NCBI GenBank assembly: GCA_012512605.1 | Contig: JAAZDX010000028.1 | Span: 1-38,429 of the forward strand | Direction of reading: 5' to 3' | Source of the DNA: Bacillota bacterium | Lineage (GTDB): Bacteria > Bacillota > UBA4882 > UBA10575 | Length of the DNA: 38,429 nt | In this document: positions 8,319 to 16,771 of the stretch, in pieces | Layout: the number at the start of each line of letters is the position of its first letter | Position numbering within the stretch: the first letter of the stretch is position 1 | Translations under genes and position numbers: made by a program | Notes under the pieces: model-generated | Seen by the model: the letters and a program-made list of their open reading frames with translations, nothing else | Database searches by the model: none | Told to the model about the DNA's origin: nothing

Positions 8319-9275
8319 ATGGGACAACGAAGGGAGAGATCATCGATAAAAAATTTAAAAAGCTTATTGCTAGCCCTGATCTTACTGGTCGTGATGGCTC
8401 CGCTTTGCACTGCCTCCGCGCCTGGGCTTGGGGCCCGTGCTATGGGGATGGGTGGCGCTTATACCGCGGTGGCCGACGATGGGACCGCCGCTTACTGGAA
8501 TCCGGCAGGAATTTCCCAGGTGAAGATGGGTTTAGCCCTCAGCGGCGGACTTAAGGGGAGTTTAAAACAGATCGACGCTTTTAAGGAGCATGACCCCGCA
8601 GCCCTCGATGGGGCCTTGGCGATAAAAGCCGGTGCTGGCTTAACCTTGGGGAACTTCGGGCTAAATGCTTTTACCGATCGTCGGGCCGAAATCGAGCCTG
8701 GAACTATCCCGAAGGAGATGCGGATCGACCAGACCGATCAGGTGGCCTTTACCATAGCGAGCGAATTGACCGATCTTTTTGCTTTTGGCTTGAATGCCAA
8801 ATATGTAATGGTCAGTACGGAGAGCTTTACCGACTCAGGGCGGATCGCTCAAGCGGATGGTAAGGGTGTCGCTGTTGATCTGGGCGGGATGTTTAAAGTC
8901 GGGAAATTAGTCCGTCTTGGTGTGGTCCTGAAAGACTATGGGCTGGCCAAGATCAAACTGGACGGGGCAGATTATGAATGGCCGACGAAATTAGTCCTCG
9001 GCGGTGCGGTCAGGATTCCCATGTTTGGTACGCTCGTCGCGGCTGATCTGGAGACACCATTGCAGGGAGACCAGGATCCCGCCTTCCATCTTGGGGTGGA
9101 GCAACCCTTATTGGGTATCCTCGCCCTGCGCGTTGGCGGGTACCAGGAAACCGATGGGATCAACTTTACGGCCGGTTGCGGTCTAAAGCTTGGCCCGGTT
9201 GCCCTTGATGTAGCAGCCAATCTGGATGCGGCGGAAGCTACAGCTATTTATGTCACTGCCCAACTGAAATTCTGA
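8319..9275 (+). CDS. Outer-membrane beta-barrel protein, PorV/FadL/TraF-like
   Basis: Signal peptide, then the GARAMGMGGAYTAVADDGTAAYWNPAG signature, amphipathic beta-strand patterns and a C-terminal Phe (YVTAQLKF). Start position uncertain. Confidence 0.75.
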   Translation: MGQRRERSSIKNLKSLLLALILLVVMAPLCTASAPGLGARAMGMGGAYTAVADDGTAAYWNPAGISQVKMGLALSGGLKGSLKQIDAFKEHDPAALDGALAIKAGAGLTLGNFGLNAFTDRRAEIEPGTIPKEMRIDQTDQVAFTIASELTDLFAFGLNAKYVMVSTESFTDSGRIAQADGKGVAVDLGGMFKVGKLVRLGVVLKDYGLAKIKLDGADYEWPTKLVLGGAVRIPMFGTLVAADLETPLQGDQDPAFHLGVEQPLLGILALRVGGYQETDGINFTAGCGLKLGPVALDVAANLDAAEATAIYVTAQLKF

Positions 9276-9322
9276 TTAACCTGGAAAGGATGATCCCTGT
9301 GGCAGTCAACAGGTTTTTTGGT

Positions 9323-9979
9323 TCAGCGTTGGCAGATGAGTGAAAGGGAGTTGGCGAAAAAACCGACTCCAAAACCGATCAGACAAAGGCCTAAAACACC
9401 GATGATCAACCGGTAAACTTTGACGCTGATGAAAGTTCTTGACTTGCTGACCAGCCAAGAAACCAATAGATACCAGGAAAAATCGGCCAGGATATGCCCC
9501 AGGAAGAAGAGGAGGATCCCGCCCAAACCAAAGGTGTTAAAGGCGTTCATAATTAGTCCGAGACCGACGATTGCCCACCAGATGGTAAAGTAAGGATTGG
9601 CGGCGCTGATCAGAGCACCGCCCAGGAGCATTCTACTGTTTTCAGTCGGTGCGGTAGTGGGCAGGGCGATTGCCACTTTGCCGGACCAGATGTCCTGGAT
9701 CATTCGGCTGCCCAAAAAGATTAAGACGATGCCGCCGCAAAGGCCAACCACGATTTGGGCGAGGTTAGTATTCAGATATTGACCAAACCCCAGGAAGATG
9801 AGGATAACCAATAGCAATTCAAGGGAGATATGACCCAGAGCGACCATGAATCCGGCTTTAACGCCGGATTTTAAACTTTGATCCAGCGTATAGGTGAGTA
9901 ACGAACCGGGCATAACCGCCCCTGAGTAACCGATCAATAAGGACTGGAGGAAGATGGCAACCAGTTTAATCACTTCCAT
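9323..9979 (-). CDS. LysE family transporter
   Basis: GYSGAVMPGSLL, G..VALGH..LE and SAANPYFTIWW, about six TM segments. ATG at 9979 preferred over the TTG at 9991. Confidence 0.85.
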   Translation of the reverse strand: MEVIKLVAIFLQSLLIGYSGAVMPGSLLTYTLDQSLKSGVKAGFMVALGHISLELLLVILIFLGFGQYLNTNLAQIVVGLCGGIVLIFLGSRMIQDIWSGKVAIALPTTAPTENSRMLLGGALISAANPYFTIWWAIVGLGLIMNAFNTFGLGGILLFFLGHILADFSWYLLVSWLVSKSRTFISVKVYRLIIGVLGLCLIGFGVGFFANSLSLICQR

Positions 9980-10137
9980 CGTTTTTTCCAATTGTAACAG
10001 AAAAAAACGGAAAAAACGAGGAAAAAAATAATTTGACCAAGATCAATAAGTATAATAGAGTTAGCCATGAAGGTATAGACTAATCCGTATGATCATCTTT
10101 GCCGGATAGAGTTTGAAGAAACCAGGAGGGAATGGGA

Positions 10138-10971
10138 ATGGGGCAAAACGAGATTGTCGTCCGGAGTTGGAGCGAAGTCTGCGAGCGTTTGTATGATCAC
10201 GCCTGGAAACCAGAGCTTGGCCGCTTTCGAAGCGATTATGCCTTCCGGGGTCTGGCTGATTGTCGTTACCCGTTACAGAACAGTTTTTTTCGGGTTTGTC
10301 AGAACAATCCACAGCTGGAATACCATATGCTCCGAAACTTCAAAAAATACGGTCGGTTCGATGACGCCAACATGGTCTCCTCCGACTGGCGGGTCATGAC
10401 CTTGGCGCAACACCACGGCTTACCCACCCGTCTAATGGACTGGACCTACTCACCCTTTGTCGCCTTACATTTTGTGACCGATGATCCTACCAAATATGAC
10501 CAGGACGGTGTGATCTGGCAAGTCGATTATGTGCAGGTCAACCGGATGCTGCCTGAACCGCTTAAAGGGGTGATGAAAAAGGAAGGGGCGAATGCTTTTA
10601 CGGTGGAGATGATTGAAGAAGCCGTGCCCACGCTGCAGGATTTTGACGCTTTTCACGATCAGGACCATGATCTGGTTATTTTCTTTGAACCGCCTTCTCT
10701 CGATTACCGGATCGTTAACCAATTTGCCTTTTTCTCCGTAATGTCCACTGCGACCGGACGCTTGGATGAATGGCTTTACCAGTATCCCCATCTTTACCGA
10801 CGGATAATCATTCCTCGTGAGTTGAAATGGGAGATCCGCGACAAGCTTGATCAAGCCAATATTACCGAACGGATTCTTTTCCCCGGCCTGGATGGGTTGG
10901 CCAAATGGCTCTTGCGCCATTATACGCCCCGCTGTTTCGACCAGCCGGAGCGGTCCGAACAATCCGAATAA
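10138..10971 (+). CDS. FRG domain-containing protein
   Basis: YAFRG, LAQHHGLPTRLMDWT.SP.VALHF, RI.NQ and LFPGLDG. ATG at 10138 is the best spaced from AGGAGG. Confidence 0.9.
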   Translation: MGQNEIVVRSWSEVCERLYDHAWKPELGRFRSDYAFRGLADCRYPLQNSFFRVCQNNPQLEYHMLRNFKKYGRFDDANMVSSDWRVMTLAQHHGLPTRLMDWTYSPFVALHFVTDDPTKYDQDGVIWQVDYVQVNRMLPEPLKGVMKKEGANAFTVEMIEEAVPTLQDFDAFHDQDHDLVIFFEPPSLDYRIVNQFAFFSVMSTATGRLDEWLYQYPHLYRRIIIPRELKWEIRDKLDQANITERILFPGLDGLAKWLLRHYTPRCFDQPERSEQSE

Positions 10972-10975
10972 AAGG

Positions 10976-11006
10976 AGCCGGCCCATGCTTTGGGCCGGTT
11001 TTTCTT
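10976..11006 (+). terminator. Intrinsic terminator after the FRG gene
   Basis: AGCCGGCCCA-tgctt-TGGGCCGGTT followed by TTTCTT. Confidence 0.8.
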
Positions 11007-11126
11007 ATGTGCATCCCTTTGGAATGAAAGTCGCGCAGCGGCTGCTGTTGTTAAGTCTTGACCAAAGATCTCGTAATTAGGAGGAAAATACTTAAATTAA
11101 TGATGAGAAACAAATAAATACAGTCA

Positions 11127-11966
11127 TCACTGTAGAAGTAAACTGATGTCCAGCGCCTGAACGGAATGGGTAATGCGGCCGACGGAGATCAGGTCCACAC
11201 CGGTAGCGGCAATGGCCTGGATTGTCTCCGCGGAGACATTGCCTGAGGCTTCGACTAGCGACCTTCCATTGATGAGCCGAACCATCTCGGCCATCAACGA
11301 TGGGGACATATTATCTAACATGATAATATCAGCGCCGGCGGCCAAGGCTTCACGCACCTGCTCCTCTGTTTCCACTTCCACTTCAATCCTCATGGTGTGG
11401 GGGGCGGTAGCACGGACTTTCGCGACAGCTGCTTTGATCCCGCCACAGGCCGCCAGATGATTATCTTTGATCAGGACGGCGTCGGCCAGGTTAAAACGGT
11501 GGTTGTAGCCACCGCCGACCCGGACGGCATATTTTTGTAAGGCGCGTAGCCCCGGCAGGGTTTTTCTGGTATCAACCAGCCGGACCTGGGGATAATCGGC
11601 GAGTAAATCCACCAGTTTCCGGGTGGCGGTGGCGATTCCGGACAGATGCTGGAGGAAATTAAGGGCCACCCTCTCGCCACTGAGGAGATCACGGGTGGGG
11701 CCGGAAACAATGGCTAGCTCCGTACCGGCGTTGACGCGGGCACCATCCCCTTGCTCGATCTTCAGGTCGATGGCAGGATTAAGTTGGTGAAAGACCTCCT
11801 GCACAACGGCCCAGCCACAGATCACCCCGGCTTCTTTGGCGATAAAACGCCCGCTCGCGGTGGCCGTTGGTGCAATGGTCAACGCGGAAGTGATGTCACC
11901 GGGGCCTAAATCTTCCGCCAGGGCTTGGCGGACCAGGTCGGTATAGACGTTCTTTGGTAGTTCCAT
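11127..11966 (-). CDS. nadC: Quinolinate phosphoribosyltransferase
   Basis: ED...GDITS, GERVALN, DTRKT.PG, NHR, IKDNH, EVEVE, IMLDN and EASG. Confidence 0.97.
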   Translation of the reverse strand: MELPKNVYTDLVRQALAEDLGPGDITSALTIAPTATASGRFIAKEAGVICGWAVVQEVFHQLNPAIDLKIEQGDGARVNAGTELAIVSGPTRDLLSGERVALNFLQHLSGIATATRKLVDLLADYPQVRLVDTRKTLPGLRALQKYAVRVGGGYNHRFNLADAVLIKDNHLAACGGIKAAVAKVRATAPHTMRIEVEVETEEQVREALAAGADIIMLDNMSPSLMAEMVRLINGRSLVEASGNVSAETIQAIAATGVDLISVGRITHSVQALDISLLLQ

Positions 11967-11984
11967 CGCTCAACACCTCTCTTT

Positions 11985-13589
11985 TTACCAAGACCAGGAA
12001 AAGGGCTGGTCGGCGGGGATAAAGCTGACGCCGGTCGGGGAAAGGACAATCCGTTTTGCCCAGGCCGGATCGGGATCGGGGTAATCGGCCCGGTAATGAC
12101 TGCCCCGGCTTTCCCGGCGGCTGAGGGCCGCGTCAAGCATCAGCCGGACCAGGAGACGCATATTCTGTAACTCCAAGTAGGGCCGGTTTAAAGGGATTGG
12201 CGTTGCCGATGATGCCGGAGCTACTTGGCGTTGGGCGTTTTGCAAGGCGTCTTCCCGGCGGATGATCCCGAGATGGGTGGAGGCCAATTCTTTGAGAGCT
12301 GATCGGTCGGCGGCTAAAAGTTCCGGGCTGGTTTCGGTGGGAAATACCGCCGCCAATTCGGGAGGAAGATCCGGACGTTGCCATGGGCTGTTTTGGAGGT
12401 ATCTAAAGATGCGATAGCCGAAGACTAAGCCGTCCAGTAAAGAGTTGCTGGCCAAACGGTTCGCACCGTGGACCCCGGAATTGGCCACTTCACCGCAGGC
12501 AAACAAGCGGGGCAGCGCCGTCCGGCCGTGGAGGTCAATGGCGATGCCGCCCATCATATAGTGGGCAGCCGGAGCAACCGGAATCGGTGCCTTGGTAATA
12601 TCAAGACCATAACTTAAACAGGTTTCGTAGATGTTAGGAAACCGGCTTTTGATCAGCTCTGTACTCAAAAGGGAAAGATCAAGGTAGACATGGTCGGTCC
12701 CGGTTTTTTCCATTTCCGACCATACGCTACGAGCGACCACATCCCGGGGAGCCAGTTCCGCCTGTTCATGGTAGGAAGGCATAAAGCGGACGCCGCGCTG
12801 GTTGCGGAGAATACCGCCTTCGCCCCGGACCGCTTCGGTGATGAGAAAACACGGCGCGCCTTCCAGATGGAGGGCGGTCGGGTGAAACTGGACAAACTCA
12901 AGATCGGCCAAGGGGGCCCCCGCGAGGTAGGCTAGAGCCAACCCATCTCCGGTCGCCACGGCGGGATTGGTGGTATCGGTAAAAATCTGTCCGCTGCCGC
13001 CGGTCGCCAGGATGGTTGCTTCCGCTAAAATGCTTGTCCGTGTTCCGTTTTCGTCTAAGACCATGGCACCGTAGCAACCTTCTTCTCCGGTGAGCAGCGC
13101 CACGGCATAATGATTTTCCTTTACGGTGATGCGCGGGTGGCCCGCGACCCGTTGGGCAAGGACTTTAGTGATTTCGCGGCCGGAGGCATCGCCATCGGCG
13201 TGTAAAACCCGGGGAAAGGAGTGGGCTGCTTCCCGGGTCATCAGTAGCGTACCGGCGTCGGCATCAAAGGGAACCCCCCAAGCAATCAATTCCTGGACCC
13301 GTTCGGGCCCTTCATGCACTAAAGTCGCCACGGCAGGAGGCAAGCAGAGACCGGCACCGGCTTGAATTGTGTCGGTGTAGTGTAAGTCTGGTGAGTCGGC
13401 CGGACTCAGGGCAACGGCAATGCCGCCTTGGGCGTAGCTGGTATTACTCTCTTCCAGCGCTTCTTTGGTGATCAAAGTTACATTGGCGATTTCTGCTAAT
13501 TTGAGGGCGGTATACAGTCCGGCAATTCCGCTGCCGATCACTAAAAACGGAGTCGTGCCCAGACCGGCAGGGGAAAAAGTAATCTTCAT
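11985..13589 (-). CDS. nadB: L-aspartate oxidase
   Basis: GSGIAG FAD motif, YAQGGIA, EFVQFHPT, LAPRDVV, AHYMMGG, GVHGANRLASNSL and RRESRGSHYR. Lies within the nad operon. Confidence 0.97.
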   Translation of the reverse strand: MKITFSPAGLGTTPFLVIGSGIAGLYTALKLAEIANVTLITKEALEESNTSYAQGGIAVALSPADSPDLHYTDTIQAGAGLCLPPAVATLVHEGPERVQELIAWGVPFDADAGTLLMTREAAHSFPRVLHADGDASGREITKVLAQRVAGHPRITVKENHYAVALLTGEEGCYGAMVLDENGTRTSILAEATILATGGSGQIFTDTTNPAVATGDGLALAYLAGAPLADLEFVQFHPTALHLEGAPCFLITEAVRGEGGILRNQRGVRFMPSYHEQAELAPRDVVARSVWSEMEKTGTDHVYLDLSLLSTELIKSRFPNIYETCLSYGLDITKAPIPVAPAAHYMMGGIAIDLHGRTALPRLFACGEVANSGVHGANRLASNSLLDGLVFGYRIFRYLQNSPWQRPDLPPELAAVFPTETSPELLAADRSALKELASTHLGIIRREDALQNAQRQVAPASSATPIPLNRPYLELQNMRLLVRLMLDAALSRRESRGSHYRADYPDPDPAWAKRIVLSPTGVSFIPADQPFSWSW

Positions 13590-13673
13590 TATAAATGGCC
13601 TCCTTCGTAAATTAGAGCTAAAAGGGAAACCTCTCCCCGCCGGGGCGAGGAGAGGAAAGAAAAGGAGGAGAAC

Positions 13674-14585
13674 CTATTTAACCGCCAACATCCGTTCGAG
13701 ACTGCGGCGGGCTTGGGAATGGATTGGCTCCGACACGGTGATGACCGGTTGTAGTGTGCGGAGGGCGGTAGCCACATCTGCCAAGGTCGTTTTTTTCATG
13801 TTCGGACAAACCAGCCTGGGAGTTAAAAGATAGAACTGTTTATCTGGATAACGTTTTTTTAAACCGTGGATGATTCCCATCTCGGTGCCGATAACAAACG
13901 TGGAAGCATCCATCTTCGCCACTTCCTCAACAATCTGTTTCGTACTACCGACAAAATCGGCTTGGGCGACAACTTCCGGTTGGCACTCGGGATGGATTAA
14001 AAGCTTGGCTTCCGGATGGGCCTTTTTCACCTTTTCTACCTCGTCGACGGTGACTTGGTGGTGGGTACGGCAGAAGCCAGGCCACAGATGGAATTTCTTC
14101 TCTGGAACCTGGGTAGCAACATAGCGCCCCAAGTTTTGGTCGGGAAGAAAAATGATCTCTTCTTCTGCTAAAGAGCGCACGACTTTTACCGCGTTGGAAG
14201 AAGTACAACAGATATCACTGACCGCTTTAACCGCTGCGCTGGTGTTCACGTACGCAACGACCGCGGCCTGGGGATATTTGGTCCGCCACTCTTGGACCGT
14301 CTCGGCATCGGCCATGTCCGCCATGGGACAACCAGCTTCAGGCGCGGGCAGTAAAACTGTTTTTTCGGGGGAAAGAAGGGCGGCGCTTTCCGCCATAAAA
14401 TGGACACCGCATAAAACAAGCACCGAATGGGGTGAATCTGCCGCTAAACGGCTTAGTTCCAGCGAATCACCGACAAAATCGGCGATATCCTGTACCGCAT
14501 CGTTTTGGTATGTGTGGGCGAGAATCAAAGCATCTTTTTCCGCTTTTAGTTTTTGGATTTCCGTGATTAACTTGAGTTGTGACAT
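13674..14585 (-). CDS. nadA: Quinolinate synthase
   Basis: ILAHTYQ, GDSLEL, CGVHFMAE, GCPMA, YVNTSA, CTSSNA, GFC..H, HPEC and CPNMK (Fe-S Cys ligands). Confidence 0.97.
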   Translation of the reverse strand: MSQLKLITEIQKLKAEKDALILAHTYQNDAVQDIADFVGDSLELSRLAADSPHSVLVLCGVHFMAESAALLSPEKTVLLPAPEAGCPMADMADAETVQEWRTKYPQAAVVAYVNTSAAVKAVSDICCTSSNAVKVVRSLAEEEIIFLPDQNLGRYVATQVPEKKFHLWPGFCRTHHQVTVDEVEKVKKAHPEAKLLIHPECQPEVVAQADFVGSTKQIVEEVAKMDASTFVIGTEMGIIHGLKKRYPDKQFYLLTPRLVCPNMKKTTLADVATALRTLQPVITVSEPIHSQARRSLERMLAVK

Positions 14586-14610
14586 TTGCTACCCCCCTTA
14601 TGTCATTTTA

Positions 14611-14638
14611 ATTGTATCGTTATTTCATCGTTTGTCAA
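14611..14638 (-). promoter_or_regulatory. sigmaA promoter of nadABC
   Basis: On the minus strand: TTGACA, 16 bp spacer, TACAAT. Confidence 0.7.
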
Positions 14639-14710
14639 TTCGTATGGAAACAAAGAAAAAACTGCTTAACAGTAAATTTACCATTTACCGCGTTTTTTAA
14701 CGAAAGATGC

Positions 14711-14739
14711 TTCACTTCTGCTTGGTCCTAAGGTAAAAT
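14711..14739 (+). promoter_or_regulatory. Probable sigmaA promoter of folB
   Basis: TTCACT, 17 bp spacer, TAAAAT. Confidence 0.5.
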
Positions 14740-14762
14740 GAGGTGGAAAGAAAGGGAAGATA

Positions 14763-15143
14763 ATGGGTACAGACAAGTTAGTTTTACGAAACATGATCTT
14801 CTATGGTTACCACGGGGTTTTTGCGGCCGAAAAAGAGTTGGGACAACGCCTTGAGGTCGATGCCGAGCTTTACCTGGATTTGCGCCAGGCCGGAATCAAT
14901 GATGACCTTGAAGCAACCGTCAACTATGTGGAGGTCTACACCTTGATCAAGGAGCTTGTCGAAGAGCGTGAATATAATCTCATGGAAGGATTGGCGGAGG
15001 AGATTGCCGACACCCTGCTTACGGCCTATTCCCTCCAGGAGGTTACCGTCCGCGTGCGAAAACCCCAGCCGCCCGTTGGTGGTGTCATGGATTATTTTGC
15101 GGTCGAGATTAGGCGTAAGGCCGCTAAGGGAAACCAATTATAA
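14763..15143 (+). CDS. folB: Dihydroneopterin aldolase
   Basis: FYGYHGV..AE...GQ, DDL..TVNY, LME.LAE and VRVRKP.PP. Confidence 0.95.
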   Translation: MGTDKLVLRNMIFYGYHGVFAAEKELGQRLEVDAELYLDLRQAGINDDLEATVNYVEVYTLIKELVEEREYNLMEGLAEEIADTLLTAYSLQEVTVRVRKPQPPVGGVMDYFAVEIRRKAAKGNQL

Positions 15144-15185
15144 GCGTAAAAAGAGCAAATACGGGAAAGCCCAGGATATTCCCAG

Positions 15186-15224
15186 AAAAAAGCCTTCTCT
15201 CCTATATGGGGAGGAGGCTTTTTT
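15186..15224 (+). terminator. Intrinsic terminator after folB
   Basis: AAAAAAGCCTTCTCTCC-tatat-GGGGAGGAGGCTTTTTT. Confidence 0.85.
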
Positions 15225-15360
15225 GGGTTATTACTCACGCTGACGGCCACTTACGCTACGAAGTGGCACATTAAACAGGAGTTGGATCAGTCAACAAGCA
15301 TTCTCTTCTTTGGAACGCCAACTACCGGCGCATTAACTTTAATCAACTCGGGAAGAATAA

Positions 15361-15390
15361 GTTTACAACTTTACCAAAGCCAACATAATA
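15361..15390 (+). promoter_or_regulatory. sigmaG-like (forespore) promoter
   Basis: GTTTA-N18-CATAATA, upstream of the GT4 operon. Confidence 0.45.
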
Positions 15391-15424
15391 CTGGTCGGCC
15401 GGTAATGCTTTAAGGAGGGAACAA

Positions 15425-16771
15425 ATGCGGGTTCTAATGCTGATCTGGGAATATCCGCCGCAAATCGTGGGTGGGATTGCCCCCCATGTTCATGATCTTT
15501 CCCTGGCCTTAACCGAAAAAGGACAGGAAGTGACCGTTTTGACCAGGAGCAATGATCCGCGGGAAACCATGGAGCGGAGCAAAGGGATCAAGGTTTTTCG
15601 GGTTGGGCGTAGTGCTCCCGAGCCCCCCGACTTTGTCTCTTGGGTGATGCAGCTTAATCTGCATTTGATGGAGAAGGCCGTATCGATGGTGGAAAATGGG
15701 GAAAGCTTCGATTTAATTCACGCCCATGATTGGCTAGTGGCTTACGCGGGGAAAGGATTAAAACACGCCTTCCGCAAACCGCTGATTGCGACGATCCATG
15801 CCACCGAATGGGGGCGTAATAACGGCCTCCACAATGAATTGCAACGCTACATCAGTAATGTCGAATGGTGGTTGGCCTTTGAAGCCTGGCGGGTGATCTG
15901 TTGTAGCCGTTATATGCGCGCTGAACTGCAGCGCATCTTTCAGCTGCCCGCTAATAAACTACGGGTCATCCCCAATGGGGTTTATCCGGAGCTTTTTCGT
16001 CGCCAGGCTGGGGATGCCCGGGCGATTCGGCGGAAATATGCGGCCGATGATGAGCAAGTAGTATTTTATGTTGGCCGTTTGGTCTTTGAAAAAGGACTGG
16101 ATCTGTTGTTGGAGGCTGCGCCAAAAATTTTAGCGCGGAAGGAGAAGGTCAAGTTTATCATCGCCGGAAAGGGCCCCTATGCCGAACATTTACACGACCG
16201 GGCCCGACAAATGGGCCTCTACCACAAGTTTTACTTTACCGGCTATGTCGATGACTTAACGCGGAACGCCCTGTTCAGCACGGCTGATGTTGCTGTCTTC
16301 CCCAGTTTATATGAACCGTTCGGGATTGTGGCCTTGGAAGCGATGGCAGCGGGGACGCCGGTGGTTGTTACAGATACCGGAGGATTGGGTGAAGTGGTTC
16401 ACCACGGAAAGAACGGTCTGAAGGCTTTCCCCAACAATCCAGATTCGCTGGCTGATAATATCTTATCGGTCCTCACCTATCCGGAACAGGCGGCGGCCAT
16501 GGGGGCCCAAGCCCGGCGCGATCTGGAAACCGAATATAATTGGGGAAAAATCGCCGCCCAGACCATCGAGGTCTACCAAGAAGTACTGGGCGAGTATAAA
16601 CAGTCTGATTGGCATCGCCAGGTGGTTAGAGCTGGACGGGAGTTGCCCGGCACCCACTGGATCCGTCCCGTGCCCGCCGCCGCCCTCCGCTCCGGTCGGT
16701 ATACGCCGACCGGAGCGGAGCCGGGCCCGTCACGCCCAGCGTTTAACGGACAAAGGGGGGGTTACCAATGA
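15425..16771 (+). CDS. Glycosyltransferase family 4
   Basis: WEYPP..VGG, IHAHDW, TIHATE.GR, VIPNG, VGRL..EKG and PSLYEPFGIVALEAM. Confidence 0.92.
   Translation: MRVLMLIWEYPPQIVGGIAPHVHDLSLALTEKGQEVTVLTRSNDPRETMERSKGIKVFRVGRSAPEPPDFVSWVMQLNLHLMEKAVSMVENGESFDLIHAHDWLVAYAGKGLKHAFRKPLIATIHATEWGRNNGLHNELQRYISNVEWWLAFEAWRVICCSRYMRAELQRIFQLPANKLRVIPNGVYPELFRRQAGDARAIRRKYAADDEQVVFYVGRLVFEKGLDLLLEAAPKILARKEKVKFIIAGKGPYAEHLHDRARQMGLYHKFYFTGYVDDLTRNALFSTADVAVFPSLYEPFGIVALEAMAAGTPVVVTDTGGLGEVVHHGKNGLKAFPNNPDSLADNILSVLTYPEQAAAMGAQARRDLETEYNWGKIAAQTIEVYQEVLGEYKQSDWHRQVVRAGRELPGTHWIRPVPAAALRSGRYTPTGAEPGPSRPAFNGQRGGYQ

Noticed and set aside
7754-8554. Long shadow ORFs (7754-8554, 20270-20953, 20709-21338, 23295-23879, 26989-27537, 14152-14700 and similar)
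   Set aside because: These are antisense or alternate-frame overlaps of well-supported genes, with no recognisable motifs. They are expected in GC-rich coding DNA.
14586-14700. NAD riboswitch or NiaR/NrtR operator upstream of nadA
   Set aside because: The leader is too short for an aptamer (about 20 nt), and there is no convincing TGTC-N2-GACA-type palindrome. GTCTTGAC at 11055 lies downstream of the operon.
15229-15360. Small ORF or sRNA between folB and GT4 (hairpin GCCACTT-N8-AAGTGGC at 15246-67)
   Set aside because: No ORF has a start and SD on either strand, and a single short hairpin is not enough evidence.
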